Shown here piece by piece: positions 1-12,308 of a stretch of 64,000 nt of DNA. The stretch spans positions 838,816 to 902,815 of the forward strand of contig CAWIAX010000003.1 in the NCBI GenBank assembly GCA_963834305.1, written 5' to 3'. The DNA is from an uncultured Acidobacteriota bacterium. GTDB taxonomy: Bacteria > Acidobacteriota > Vicinamibacteria > Vicinamibacterales > 2-12-FULL-66-21. The position numbers were made by a program, and so were the translations under genes. Below the pieces are notes generated by a model. That model was not told the DNA's origin and did no database searches. It worked only from the letters and a program-made list of their open reading frames with translations. Each line of letters begins with the position of its first letter. The stretch's first letter is position 1.

Positions 1-1576
1 CGCTGTAGCGCTCCAGGTCGGCCGAGCCGGGCCCGGTCACGCCGGCGCTGTTCAGCCCGGGGATGCCGAACACCTCGAGACCGTAGTTCGTGCCGTAGTC
101 CGGCCCCGACGACTGGTGGGTCATCTTGTTCGATCCGCCGTTCGCGTCGAACAGCAGCGTCGGGCTGAGCGTCCAGGTCTGGCCGACGGTCCACAGCGAC
201 ACCGTGGTGTCGCCGCCGCCGACGCCGTCGAGCGGCAGGTAGAACAGGTCCTGCACCGAGGCGTCCATCACCGAGAACTTCGCCCAGATCTGGTGCGCGG
301 CGTTGCGGTTCCAGTTCACCTTGCCGTCGTAGTTGTCGCGAACCGCCTTCGGCGCCCGGCCGACGAACAGGTTGTTCTGCAGGCCGCTGTTGGTGCCCGC
401 GTTGTTCGGCTCCGGGTAGAGCGCCTGGATGCGACGGGAGATGTCGCTGATGCGGTTGGCGGGGATCATCGCGTTCGCGAAGGCCGTGCGACCGGTGCCG
501 TCGGGGTTGCCGGTCATCGGATCGTAGAGCCGGAAGTTGGGATTGACGGCGAGCACTTCGCCGAAGTCGCCGTTGCGCATCCGCGCGGTCGGCACCGTGT
601 AGGTGTCGAACCGGCTGTTGCGCTCGTCGTTGCGCTCCCACGAGCCGAAGTAGAAGAGGCTGTTGCGGCGGATCGGGCCGCCCAGCGTGCCGCCCATGGT
701 CGAGACGCTCGAGTCGAGCTTGGTCGGGTCGAAGTAGCCGCGACGGGCGTTGAGCTCGTCCTGCTGCCGGAAGTAGAAGGCCGAACCCTTCAGCGTGTTG
801 GTGCCGGACTTGGTCACGACCGAGGTGGCGGCGCCACCGGTCATGCCCTGGGCGGCATCGAAGCTGTTGGTCGAGATGTTGACGTTCTCGATGGTTTCGA
901 CCGGGGCGACGTAGCCCGCGTGGTGCGGCAGCCAGACGTTGATGCTGGCGGCGCCGTCGATGCGGGTGACGTTGTTGTTGCGGTTCGTCCCGTTGATGTT
1001 CGTGCTCAGCGCGCGGCCCGGCGTGTCGGTCTGCGCGTTCTGGGTCACGGGCGGCGTGGCGCCCGGCACCAGCGCCAGGAGCGACTGGTAGTTCCGATAC
1101 TGGTTGAGCGGAAGGTTGGTGACCTCTTCCGGCTTCAAATTCACGCTGACGTCGGCCTTGTCCGTCTGGAGCAGCGCCGCGTCGGTGGTGACCGTGATGG
1201 CTTCCGTCAAGGCGCCAATCTCGAGGCGGCCGTTGATGCGGACAATGCCGCCGGCGGTCACGGGGATTCCTGTCTGGACGTATTCCTTGAAGCCCTGCAG
1301 GCTGGCCCGCAGGGTGTACGTGCCACCGAGGACGTTGCGGATGGTGTACGTTCCACTGCCGTCGGTGACGGCCGTCAGTTCGAGACCGGTATTCTCGTCC
1401 TTGATGGTAACGGTAGCGCCCGGGATGATGGCACCCTGCGAGTCGGTGACGGCGCCGACAACGCTGCCGTACAGACTCTGTGCCGTGGTGGGAAACGCGG
1501 TGTACAGACTGACTGCTAAAACCACCGCGAACCCTGCCGTTCTCCGCAATGCGGATAGGCGAAGGCAATCGCTCAC
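1..1576 (-). CDS. TonB-dependent receptor-like outer-membrane protein, N-terminal part (carboxypeptidase-regulatory-like domain + plug). The C-terminus lies beyond the window start.
   Basis: Absent from the ORF track because it runs off the edge. My reverse translation from GTG at 1576 gives VSDCLRLSALRRTAGFAVVLAVSLYTAFPTTAQSLYGSVVGAVTDSQGAIIPGATVTIKDENTGLELTAVTDGSGTYTIRNVLGGTYTLRASLQGFKEY... and stays open to position 1. A GGAGGAGG Shine-Dalgarno lies just upstream (about 1582-1589). Confidence 0.85.
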   Translation of the reverse strand, partial: MSDCLRLSALRRTAGFAVVLAVSLYTAFPTTAQSLYGSVVGAVTDSQGAIIPGATVTIKDENTGLELTAVTDGSGTYTIRNVLGGTYTLRASLQGFKEYVQTGIPVTAGGIVRINGRLEIGALTEAITVTTDAALLQTDKADVSVNLKPEEVTNLPLNQYRNYQSLLALVPGATPPVTQNAQTDTPGRALSTNINGTNRNNNVTRIDGAASINVWLPHHAGYVAPVETIENVNISTNSFDAAQGMTGGAATSVVTKSGTNTLKGSAFYFRQQDELNARRGYFDPTKLDSSVSTMGGTLGGPIRRNSLFYFGSWERNDERNSRFDTYTVPTARMRNGDFGEVLAVNPNFRLYDPMTGNPDGTGRTAFANAMIPANRISDISRRIQALYPEPNNAGTNSGLQNNLFVGRAPKAVRDNYDGKVNWNRNAAHQIWAKFSVMDASVQDLFYLPLDGVGGGDTTVSLWTVGQTWTLSPTLLFDANGGSNKMTHQSSGPDYGTNYGLEVFGIPGLNSAGVTGPGSADLERYS

Positions 1577-1833
1577 TAGCCCCTCCTCCGAAAGGTGTGT
1601 AGATTCCTGAAAGAAACGAGCAATGCGGGTGCGGGCTGCGCCTCCACGCAACCGGTCGCCGCCATCCCCGCATGGCGGCCGCGACACGTCGACTTGTTGA
1701 AGATCGATCGGGACTAGCCCGACTTTACTACGTGCGGATAGGGGGAGCAACATCCTTCGGGGGCGGGAAATTCCCGAAAACACGGTATCGCTGAGCTGGG
1801 GCCCCTCCTGGTCGCCTCGAAGCGCCGTCCGGA

Positions 1834-3213
1834 TTACTTGAGCCGCGCCATCTCGCGGTCGATCGCTGCCGCCAGATCAGTCTGGCCGTGGAGCACCGCC
1901 AGCCGCCTGGCTTCCACCGAGAGCGCGAGCCCCTCCGCCCGCCGGCCCGCCCGGACGTGCGCGGTGGCCAGCGCAAACACGTAGCGCGCCGATTCCCCGT
2001 CCTCCGGATACCGCAGCGGCTCGAGCTCCGCCGCCGCCTCATCGTTCCGCCCAAGCGCCAGGAGCATCCGTCCCAGGTTGAACCGCGCCAGCCTGAACGA
2101 CGGCTCCGCCGCCACGGCCTGCCGGTACTCGGCCGCGGCCTCCTCGAACTCCCGGCGCCGTTCCAGCAGATGGCCGAGATTGTTGCGGGCCCGCGCATGC
2201 CGCGGGTTGACGGCCAGCGCCTGCCGGTACGCCGCCGCGGCGCGGTCCCACTGCTGCTGTTCGCCCAGCACGACGCCGTGGTCGTAGTGCAGGTCCGCGG
2301 TGTCCAGGCCGGCGGCAACCGCCGCGTCGAAGTGTGCTTCCGCCTTCGCCCAGTTGCGGACCTGGCCGTACAGCGACACCAGGTTGACGTTCGCCTCGGC
2401 GAGCGCGGGATCCTGCGCGAGGGCAGCCTCGTGCTCGTCAATCGCGGCATCCAGGTCGCCGGCCTGGGCCAGCGCCACGCCGCGCTTTAGGCGCGCTCTC
2501 CCGTCTTCGCGCGCGGCCGCGACGGACGCGAGCACCGGGTCGTCGATGCGCGGCCACGCCGGACCGTGCCGCGTGTGCGCCTCGAGCGCCGCTGCCGCGT
2601 CCTCGCGCCGGCCGGCGGCTCGGTACAGGCGCGCGAGCGCGTAGTGCGCGGCGCCGAGCTCGGGAAACAGCGTCGTGGCGCGCTCGAAATGTCGAATGGC
2701 GTCGGCGGCGCGCCCGTCCTGCGCGGCAATCCGCCCGAGAAAGAACTCCGCCGCCGGTTCCGCGGCCGGCTCCCGCACCAGCGCCTCGAACAGGCGGCGC
2801 GCCTCCGGCAGCGCTCCGGTTTCCACCAGGGCTTCGCCCAGGCGCATGCGCGCCGGCAGGTAGGCAGGCCTCAAAGCCACGGCCTGCCGCAGTCGCGGCA
2901 GCGCGTCGTCGTGGCGGATGAGCCGCTGCAGCACCACCGCATCGAGGTAAGGCCAGTCGAAGGTGTCCGGCGCCAGCGCCGCTGCGCGGGTAAACGTCCG
3001 ATGGGCAGCCTCCCACTGTTCCCAGGCCTGCAGCAGCCGGCCGAGCTCACCCGTCCGCACGGCGTCGGCGGGCTGGTCCACCGCCTGGCGGTACGCGCGC
3101 GACAGGCTGTCACGGGCCGCCGCTGGAAAGACCTCGAGATCGAGTGCCGGGAGCGGGGGCGCTGTCTGGCCGGAACCGATGCCAACGGCAAGGACGAGGA
3201 CGGCAGCCAGCAT
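1834..3213 (-). CDS. Secreted tetratricopeptide-repeat (TPR) protein
   Basis: 459-aa track ORF with N-terminal signal-like MLAAVLVLAVGIGSG. Repeated A/L/R-rich 34-residue TPR-like units (e.g. AEANVNLVSLYGQVRNWAKAEAHFDAAVAAGLD, AAAAYRQALAVNPRHARARNNLGHLL). Confidence 0.85.
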   Translation of the reverse strand: MLAAVLVLAVGIGSGQTAPPLPALDLEVFPAAARDSLSRAYRQAVDQPADAVRTGELGRLLQAWEQWEAAHRTFTRAAALAPDTFDWPYLDAVVLQRLIRHDDALPRLRQAVALRPAYLPARMRLGEALVETGALPEARRLFEALVREPAAEPAAEFFLGRIAAQDGRAADAIRHFERATTLFPELGAAHYALARLYRAAGRREDAAAALEAHTRHGPAWPRIDDPVLASVAAAREDGRARLKRGVALAQAGDLDAAIDEHEAALAQDPALAEANVNLVSLYGQVRNWAKAEAHFDAAVAAGLDTADLHYDHGVVLGEQQQWDRAAAAYRQALAVNPRHARARNNLGHLLERRREFEEAAAEYRQAVAAEPSFRLARFNLGRMLLALGRNDEAAAELEPLRYPEDGESARYVFALATAHVRAGRRAEGLALSVEARRLAVLHGQTDLAAAIDREMARLK

Positions 3214-3278
3214 TCCAGGAAATTATGCGCCTCGCCGGGCGTGAATGTCAGGAGCTGCGGGGCGGAATCCGCGGCGCG

Positions 3279-3677
3279 TCAGCGACGCTTGATCCGACGC
3301 GACTGGAGCGACGACACGCGCGCCAGCGTGTCGTAGTCGCGATCGCAATGAATCACTTCGAGCCGGTGCCGCAGTGCGCAGGCCCCGATCAGGCAGTCGG
3401 CGCCGGACCGCACCGTGAAGCCGGCGCGCCGCGCCGCGCGGTACAGATCAATCGCCTGATCGAAGACCGCGACGGACACCGGCGATTCGACGATCGGGAG
3501 TGCCTGCATCGCCTCGCGGGCCAGCAGGAAGGCGCGCTCGTCGCGAAATCCCTGCAGGACCTCCTGGATCACCGGCAGGCAGGTGACCACGTCCTCGAAC
3601 TCGACGACGTCTTCGAGGCGGACCCGCGCGGGCTTGCGGAACACCTCGATCCAGACCGACGTGTCAACGAGGACCAC
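3279..3677 (-). CDS. vapC: PIN-domain ribonuclease toxin, VapC family
   Basis: 132 aa. It starts MVLVDTSVWIE (conserved PIN acidic D near the N-terminus) and later has CDRDYD. It overlaps the upstream antitoxin gene, the typical TA arrangement. Confidence 0.85.
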   Translation of the reverse strand: MVLVDTSVWIEVFRKPARVRLEDVVEFEDVVTCLPVIQEVLQGFRDERAFLLAREAMQALPIVESPVSVAVFDQAIDLYRAARRAGFTVRSGADCLIGACALRHRLEVIHCDRDYDTLARVSSLQSRRIKRR

Positions 3678-3894
3678 GGCGCCGTGTGCGATAGGTGCCG
3701 CGATCCTCGCGGACCTCCGTCAAGTCTCCTTCCCAGAGGCCGGAGCCCGCCAATTCGAGGATCCGCCTGGCCTTGGCGCGGCGGACGAAATCCTCCAGCG
3801 CCCGCTCGACCGTGCGCGAGTACGTGCGCTCGCCGCTCAGCCGGGTCGCCTCCTCCAGCAGGTCACCATCAAGCACAAGATTTGTGCGTTTCAT
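3664..3894 (-). CDS. vapB: Type II antitoxin, VapB family (DUF2191-like)
   Basis: 76 aa. MKRTNLVLDGDLLEEATRLSGERTYSRTVERALEDFVRR matches the VapB/DUF2191 N-terminal pattern. It overlaps the vapC start by 14 nt. Confidence 0.75.
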   Translation of the reverse strand: MKRTNLVLDGDLLEEATRLSGERTYSRTVERALEDFVRRAKARRILELAGSGLWEGDLTEVREDRGTYRTRRRGPR

Positions 3895-3964
3895 GTGTAT
3901 CGAGTGTACTTGGGAACGGGGCTCTGGTCAATGACGGGCCCCAGGTGTCGCCGCTTCCCGGGGA

Positions 3965-5851
3965 TCAGGCCAGGCCGTCGAGCGTGGCGCCGTTCGCCGG
4001 CGGCGGGGCCGGCTGCCAGCCGCGCGCCTGGAGCCGCGCCAGCGCGGCTTCCCGCTCCCGCCGGAACAGGGCCACGATCACCTCGTCGTCCGCCTTGGGG
4101 CGCAGCTGCATGGACATGGGCAGGACGCGCTCACCGCGGACCAGCGCCAGAAGCACGAACAGCTCCCGGGGCGTGTCGTCCCCCCGCCCGGCGCCGCCGC
4201 CGTCGTCTGCCGGCCGGCCGTCCATCCAGCGGAAGCGGGCGATCTCGACTTCGTCGTGCCGGAAGCGGACGTCCCACTGCTCCTGGTCGTGCGCGCCGTC
4301 GAACAGCACGTCCGCGCCATGCTTGAGAACGTGTTCCGGGGGGCGCTGGCCGTCGAGCGTGTCGACCGCGACGAGCCCGCGCGTGACGCCGAACGTGTGG
4401 CTCGCCAGGTGGACGAACTGGCTGTTGAGATTGTCGTTGAACGTGGCGCCGATGACCGTGCCGACGTCCTCGATGGGGATGCGGCGCAGCGTGCGCTCCT
4501 GCAGGCCGTCGCCGAAGATGACGGGGAACCCCTGCTTTTCCGCGGCGCGGCAGCGCTGCGGATCGGCGTCGATGACGACCACGCTGTCCCCGGCGGCCAT
4601 CATCTCGCGGGCGAGCGCGAGGCCGAGGCCCTGGGCGCCGAGGATGGCGACACGGTCGCGCGTGCGCCGCCTGAGGCCGAGGCGGTTGGCGAGCGGCCAG
4701 GCGGTGGCGCCGGCCGCCAGCACGGTGCCGGCAATCACCAGGAAGACCAGGGCCCGCAGCTCGACGCCCTGCTGGGCGGCCTCTTCGCCGATCGACCGCG
4801 CCGTCAGCGAGGCGATTGCCGCCGCCACGATGCCGCGCGGCGCGATGGCCGACAGGAACGCCTGTTCCTTCGGCGAGACGTCCGCCCCGCGCGTCGCCAG
4901 CCACACCGCGGCCGGCCGCACGACCAGCATCAGCGTGGCGAGCACCGCGACGCCGCCCCAGCCCAGCGCCCAGATGTCCTTCAGCGCGATCCCGGCCGCC
5001 AGCAGGATGAACACCGCGCCGATCATCAGCACCGTGAGCTGATCCTTGAACTCGCGCAGGTCCTCGTCGACCGGGCTCTTCACGTTGCCCACCACCAGGC
5101 CGGCCACCGTCACCGCGAGCAGGCCGCTCGGCGCCAGCAGGGCATCGCCGGCATGGAACAGCAGGACCACCAGCGCCAGGGTCAGCGCATTCTCGAAGCC
5201 GTGCACGAACGCCGGCACGCGCAGCGCGCCCGCGATCACCAGGCCGCCGGCCAGGCCGCACGCCGTGCCCACCGCAATCCGCGCCAGCAGTCCGCCGAAC
5301 TCGCTCATCACGCCGAGCGCCGTCGGCGCGAGCGTCACCTGGAGCACGAGCACCGCCAGCAGCGCCCCGATTGGATCGATCAGGACGCCTTCGGCCTCGA
5401 GCACGGTCTGCAGCCGCGAGTGCAGCCGCAGCTCCCGCACCAGCGGCGACACCACGGTGGGGCCGGTAACCACGACCAGCGAGCCGAACAGCAGCGCCAT
5501 CCCCCAGGGCCAGTCCAGCCAGGCGCGCGCCGCCAGGGCGCCGCCTGCCAGCGTCACCAGCGCCCCCCAGGTGATCAGCTGCCGGATGACGCGCTGCTCG
5601 CGCCGCAGGCGGGCCATCTTCAGGTTGAGGCCGCCCTCGAACAGGATGATCGCGACGGCGAAGTCCACCAGGATGAACAGCCCCTCGCCGAGCTCGCCGG
5701 GCTGCACCCATCCCAGCGCCTCCGGCCCCAGGATCACGCCGGCGGCCAGCAGCAAGACGATGGCGGGTACGCGGATGGAGCGGGCGACGCAGTGCACGGT
5801 CATGCCTGCGGCGAACGCCAGTGCGATGGTGAGCGCAACGTGGTGCGTCAT
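3965..5851 (-). CDS. Cation:proton antiporter (Na+/H+ exchanger family) with C-terminal TrkA-N/RCK domain
   Basis: This is the C-terminal about 628 codons of the 1058-aa track ORF. The upstream part is Arg/Gly-rich noise, so I chose the start at ATG 5851 (MTHHVALTIALAFAAGMTV; alternative ATG at 5869). There are many hydrophobic helices, followed by the Rossmann-like segment VAILGAQGLGLALAREMMAAGDSVVVIDAD. Confidence 0.85.
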   Translation of the reverse strand: MTHHVALTIALAFAAGMTVHCVARSIRVPAIVLLLAAGVILGPEALGWVQPGELGEGLFILVDFAVAIILFEGGLNLKMARLRREQRVIRQLITWGALVTLAGGALAARAWLDWPWGMALLFGSLVVVTGPTVVSPLVRELRLHSRLQTVLEAEGVLIDPIGALLAVLVLQVTLAPTALGVMSEFGGLLARIAVGTACGLAGGLVIAGALRVPAFVHGFENALTLALVVLLFHAGDALLAPSGLLAVTVAGLVVGNVKSPVDEDLREFKDQLTVLMIGAVFILLAAGIALKDIWALGWGGVAVLATLMLVVRPAAVWLATRGADVSPKEQAFLSAIAPRGIVAAAIASLTARSIGEEAAQQGVELRALVFLVIAGTVLAAGATAWPLANRLGLRRRTRDRVAILGAQGLGLALAREMMAAGDSVVVIDADPQRCRAAEKQGFPVIFGDGLQERTLRRIPIEDVGTVIGATFNDNLNSQFVHLASHTFGVTRGLVAVDTLDGQRPPEHVLKHGADVLFDGAHDQEQWDVRFRHDEVEIARFRWMDGRPADDGGGAGRGDDTPRELFVLLALVRGERVLPMSMQLRPKADDEVIVALFRREREAALARLQARGWQPAPPPANGATLDGLA

Positions 5852-5902
5852 GAAAGCCGCCCGTATCATACGTGCCGGCGGCGCGCGGACATACAATGCC
5901 GG

Positions 5903-7129
5903 ATGATCAAGACCTCGAACGGCCTGCTGCCCGGGTCCGCCGGCGTGCTCGTCATCCTGCTCGGGACGGCGCTGGCCGTGCCGCTGCCCGCCCAGACGCG
6001 CCATCTGCCGGACGCCGCGGGCACGTGGAAAGCGTGGAAGTTCACGGCCGTCCCGAACGCGCGCAAGGAGCGCGCGGCCAGCGCCGCCGAGGTGAAGGCG
6101 TTCGAGGCGCAGCTGCTGGCGCTGAACGCGATCCTCCAGCGTGCGCCCGGCGTGGCCACCCCGCGCGGCTTCAGCGTGGAAACGTGGGGACACCTGGCGG
6201 GCTACCGCTCCCAGGCCGCGGGCCAGCCGGCCGGCGCCGCGGTGCCGATCGCCGGCGCGCTGTCGTTCGGCGCGTTTCCGATCTACGAGTACGAGAGCGG
6301 CGGCAAGACGATTCGCAAAGATACCGGGGAAACGGCGCCCCTCCAGTTCACCGTCAACCAGCTGGATGCGTCGGTCCTCGACGGCGTCCGCCTGGCGGAT
6401 TTCGGGCAGGGTGACGCCGCGGCATTCCTCCAGCCGCCCTCGAAAGGCGAGATCGCGGGCCTTCCGCGATACGGCGACGTGCTGATCATCAAGAACAATC
6501 CCAAGCCCCTGTGGTCTCCCGTGTCGATGGAATCGGCCATCGGCCTGATCGCGGCCGCCCATGCCAGACAGTTCGCCGAGGCGGGCGCCGCGGTGGCGCG
6601 TGTGAAGGCCAGCCTTGCCGACTGGGAGGATCCGGCGAAGCGCAAGGAGCGGGTGGCCGGCTACGAGATTGCCGCCGCGTCGCAGCCGGACAAGGCGAAG
6701 TTCCTGGCCCAGATGGAGCAGGTCGAGCAGGACGTGATCGCAAGCACGCGCAAGGACCTGACGCCCCAGGGAGACACCATGAAGCAGTACCTGGAGATCG
6801 AGAGCGCCATCGCCGATGCGTCCGCGTGGCTGAAAGCCATCTCTCCGGCCGACCGCGCCGCGCCGGCCTGCTACGTCAAGTCGGGGAGTACCCCGCGCGA
6901 ACGGTTCCGCGCTGGCGCCGGCGCCGGCTGCGAGCCGGTGGTGGAGCCGAACTGGGCGTTCTTCGACGCGTCGCTGCCGCGCTCGACGCCGCAGGTGATC
7001 GTCGTGCCGCAAGTGTCGCGCTGCTTCGAAGACCAGCCGGCCAATCCTCCCTCCCCGGCCGGCTGCCCCGCCAACCGCCAGCTGCTGCTGACCTGGGACA
7101 AGGCTGCCGTCCTCGCCTGGTTGAGGTAG
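5903..7129 (+). CDS. Hypothetical secreted protein
   Basis: Terminal 408 codons of track ORF 4256-7129. ATG at 5903 gives a signal peptide, MIKTSNGLLPGSAGVLVILLGTALAVPLPAQT. The composition looks coding, but I recognise no family. Confidence 0.6.
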   Translation: MIKTSNGLLPGSAGVLVILLGTALAVPLPAQTRHLPDAAGTWKAWKFTAVPNARKERAASAAEVKAFEAQLLALNAILQRAPGVATPRGFSVETWGHLAGYRSQAAGQPAGAAVPIAGALSFGAFPIYEYESGGKTIRKDTGETAPLQFTVNQLDASVLDGVRLADFGQGDAAAFLQPPSKGEIAGLPRYGDVLIIKNNPKPLWSPVSMESAIGLIAAAHARQFAEAGAAVARVKASLADWEDPAKRKERVAGYEIAAASQPDKAKFLAQMEQVEQDVIASTRKDLTPQGDTMKQYLEIESAIADASAWLKAISPADRAAPACYVKSGSTPRERFRAGAGAGCEPVVEPNWAFFDASLPRSTPQVIVVPQVSRCFEDQPANPPSPAGCPANRQLLLTWDKAAVLAWLR

Positions 7130-7200
7130 CTCGGGCCGCACGGCAAAGAATCCGCTCGTCAGCCCTCCGCGTAGAACCGCACAGCAACACGGAGGTGTTC

Positions 7201-8610
7201 ATGACAAGCTCGGCCAGGCTCGTTTCGGGTCTCACCCTCGCAGCCGCACTCACGTTCCCGCTCAACGGTTCCAGTCACCGCGAGGCTCCCCTCATTGCCG
7301 ACGACCCGGTCGCCGACAACACCGACGTCTACGCGTTCGTCAGCCCCGACCGGCGCGATACCGTGACCCTGATCTCCAACTTCATCCCGCTGCAGGAGCC
7401 CGCGGCGGGCCCGAACTTCTTCAAGTTCGGCGACGAGGTCTTCTACCTCATCAGCATCGACAACAACGGCGACGCGCTGCCGGACATCGAATACGAGTTC
7501 GACTTCCGCACCGAAGTGCAGAACCCGGACACCTTCCTCTACAACACCGGGCCGATCACGTCGCTGAACGACCCCGACTTCAACATCCGCCAGTTCTACA
7601 CCGTCACCCGCATCGCCAACGGCGTCCGGACGACGCTCGGGAGCAACCTCGAGACGCCGCCCGCCAACATCGGGCCGCGCTCGACGGGCGACACGGGAAC
7701 GGCCTACCAGAGCCTCGCGGCGGAAGCGGTGCACACCCTGCCGGACGGCTCGAAGGTGTTTGCCGGCCAGCGCGACGACCCGTTCTTCGTCGATCTCGGC
7801 TCGGTGTTCGACCTGCTCGGCCTGCGGCCGTTCAACGGCGCCCACCTGATCAAGCGGCCGGCGGCGCGTGGCGTGGACGGCCTCGGCGGCTTCAACGTCC
7901 ACACCATCGCGCTGCAGGTGCCGAAGTCGCTGTTGACGCACGACGGCAGCCCGGCCACCGATCCGCGCAACACCAACTCGATCATCGGCGTCTACTCGCG
8001 GGCGACCCGGCCGCGCGTGACCCAGCTGTCCGAGACGGGTGACGCGCCGGTGACCTCCTCCGATCGGGTGCAGGTGTCGCGGCTCGGCATGCCGCTCGTC
8101 AACGAGGTGGTGCTGCCGCTCGGCCAGAAGAACCGCTGGAACGCGTCCATGCCCTCGAGCGACGGCCAGTTCGCGAGCTACGTGCTCGATCCGGAGCCGG
8201 CGCGCCTCATCGAGGTCCTCTATCCCGGCGTGGACGTGCCCCCGGCGCCGCGCAACGACCTCGTCGCGGTGTTCCTGACCGGCATCGAGGGGCTGAACAA
8301 GCCCGCCAACGTCGTGCCGTCGGAAATGCTGCGGCTCAACATGGCCATCGCACCCTCGTCCTCGCCGAACCGGCTCGGCGCGCTCGCCGGGCAGTCCGAC
8401 GGCTTCCCCAACGGCCGCCGGCTGGTGGACGACGTGGTGGACATCGAGCTGCGGGTGCTGGCGGGTGCGACGCCCTTCACGCCGGAGTTCAACAAGTCGC
8501 CCAACAACGCGCTCGGCGACGGCGTCGACGGCAACGACAAGCGGTTCCTGTCGTCCTTCCCGTACGTCCCCCGTCCGCACGGAGGGTACAGCCACGAGCA
8601 CCATCGCTAA
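7201..8610 (+). CDS. DUF4331 domain-containing secreted protein
   Basis: ATG 7201 is preceded by GGAGGTG. After the signal peptide comes the family hallmark SSHREAPLIADDPVADNTDVYAF, and later QRDDPFFVDLGSVFDLL and FPNGRRLVDDVVDIELR. Confidence 0.85.
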   Translation: MTSSARLVSGLTLAAALTFPLNGSSHREAPLIADDPVADNTDVYAFVSPDRRDTVTLISNFIPLQEPAAGPNFFKFGDEVFYLISIDNNGDALPDIEYEFDFRTEVQNPDTFLYNTGPITSLNDPDFNIRQFYTVTRIANGVRTTLGSNLETPPANIGPRSTGDTGTAYQSLAAEAVHTLPDGSKVFAGQRDDPFFVDLGSVFDLLGLRPFNGAHLIKRPAARGVDGLGGFNVHTIALQVPKSLLTHDGSPATDPRNTNSIIGVYSRATRPRVTQLSETGDAPVTSSDRVQVSRLGMPLVNEVVLPLGQKNRWNASMPSSDGQFASYVLDPEPARLIEVLYPGVDVPPAPRNDLVAVFLTGIEGLNKPANVVPSEMLRLNMAIAPSSSPNRLGALAGQSDGFPNGRRLVDDVVDIELRVLAGATPFTPEFNKSPNNALGDGVDGNDKRFLSSFPYVPRPHGGYSHEHHR

Positions 8611-8692
8611 TCAGGCTGCGGACCGTCAGGGGCGGGGTGCCCCTGGCGGCCCGCTTCCGCCGGGCGCGCCGCGGCGGCGCCGTCGGACGGCG

Positions 8693-9514
8693 GTGTTCTG
8701 GGCACTGGCGCTTGCCGGCTCCTTCGGCATTGCCGCGTTCGTCAACCGGCAGATGGCCGGGGTGGAGCGCGACGGCCGGCGGCCGGCGCAGGTGGGCACC
8801 GACGCCGCGACGGCGACGTCGCGCGAGAACCTGGCCCGCGTGATCGCGGAGACGGAGGGGCGTGTCCGCCGCCAGCCGCTCGACCGCGATGCCGCGCTCC
8901 TCCTGGCGGACGCGCTGCTCCGCCAGGCCCGGATCGACGACCAGCCGGTCCTGATCGAGCGTGCCGTGCAGGTCGTCGAGCCACAGGTCGCCCACGACCC
9001 GGACGACTACGAAGCGCGCCGCATGCTCGGCACTGTCTACGCCGCCGCGCACCGGTTTCGCGAAGCCATCCGCGAGGCGGGCGCCGCCCGCGACCAGCAC
9101 CCCGGGGATCCGTGGAACTACGGGGTGATTGGTGATGCGCACCTCGAGCTCGGGGAGCGCGAAGCGGCGTTCCGCGCCTTCCAGCAGATGCTCGACGTGA
9201 AGCCGACCGCGGCCGCCTACGCCCGGGCGTCGTACGCGCTCGAGCTCCAGGGCAAGCTGCCGGACGCGATCATGGCCATGACGCTCGCTGTTGACGCGGC
9301 CAGCCCCCGGGATCCCGAATCGATTGCCTGGTTCCGGGCGCACCTCGGCGACCTCTATGTCAAGGCTGGCCGGCTGCCCGAGGCGCGTCTCGAGTACGCC
9401 TGGGCGGAGCGGGTGTTCCCGGGCCACCCATTCGTGCGCGCGGGCATCGCGCGCCTCCAGGACCGCGGCCAGTCATCGCCGGCGCAAAAGCCCGCGGCTC
9501 GCGCTTCGCGCTGA
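8693..9514 (+). CDS. Membrane-anchored TPR protein (partner of DUF4331 gene)
   Basis: In-frame part of track ORF 8465-9514. GTG 8693 gives a TM anchor FWALALAGSFGIAAFV. The start is uncertain; ATG 8753 is the alternative. TPR-like repeats are present (DPWNYGVIGDAHLELGEREAAFRAFQQMLDVKP). Confidence 0.65.
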   Translation: MFWALALAGSFGIAAFVNRQMAGVERDGRRPAQVGTDAATATSRENLARVIAETEGRVRRQPLDRDAALLLADALLRQARIDDQPVLIERAVQVVEPQVAHDPDDYEARRMLGTVYAAAHRFREAIREAGAARDQHPGDPWNYGVIGDAHLELGEREAAFRAFQQMLDVKPTAAAYARASYALELQGKLPDAIMAMTLAVDAASPRDPESIAWFRAHLGDLYVKAGRLPEARLEYAWAERVFPGHPFVRAGIARLQDRGQSSPAQKPAARASR

Positions 9515-9591
9515 GACCCTCACCCGCGCCGGGAGCGCGCCCCGCAGTCCGCCATGCCCGCCGGCGCCGGCGGATGTCCTAGAATCCCCGG

Positions 9592-12291
<2,700 letters not shown>

Positions 12292-12308
12292 TTCGCGAGG
12301 AGCAGAAG

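Noticed and set aside
116-1519. 467-aa + strand ORF (and 1104-1610) overlapping the window start
   Set aside because: The translation is Arg/Gly/Val/Ala-rich with no motifs. The opposite strand encodes a textbook TonB-receptor N-terminus with signal peptide and Shine-Dalgarno. This is a shadow ORF typical of high-GC DNA.
1596-1623. TTGCTC-N16-TACACA promoter-like match (minus strand) upstream of the first TonB receptor
   Set aside because: The -10 box ends only about 6 nt from the Shine-Dalgarno and 20 nt from the GTG. The predicted transcription start would fall inside the ribosome-binding site, so this is probably a chance match.
3965-7141. 1058-aa minus-strand ORF taken at face value
   Set aside because: Only the C-terminal about 628 codons (from ATG 5851/5869) look like protein, namely the antiporter. 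The upstream 430 codons are Arg/Gly-rich noise antisense to a real + strand secreted-protein gene.
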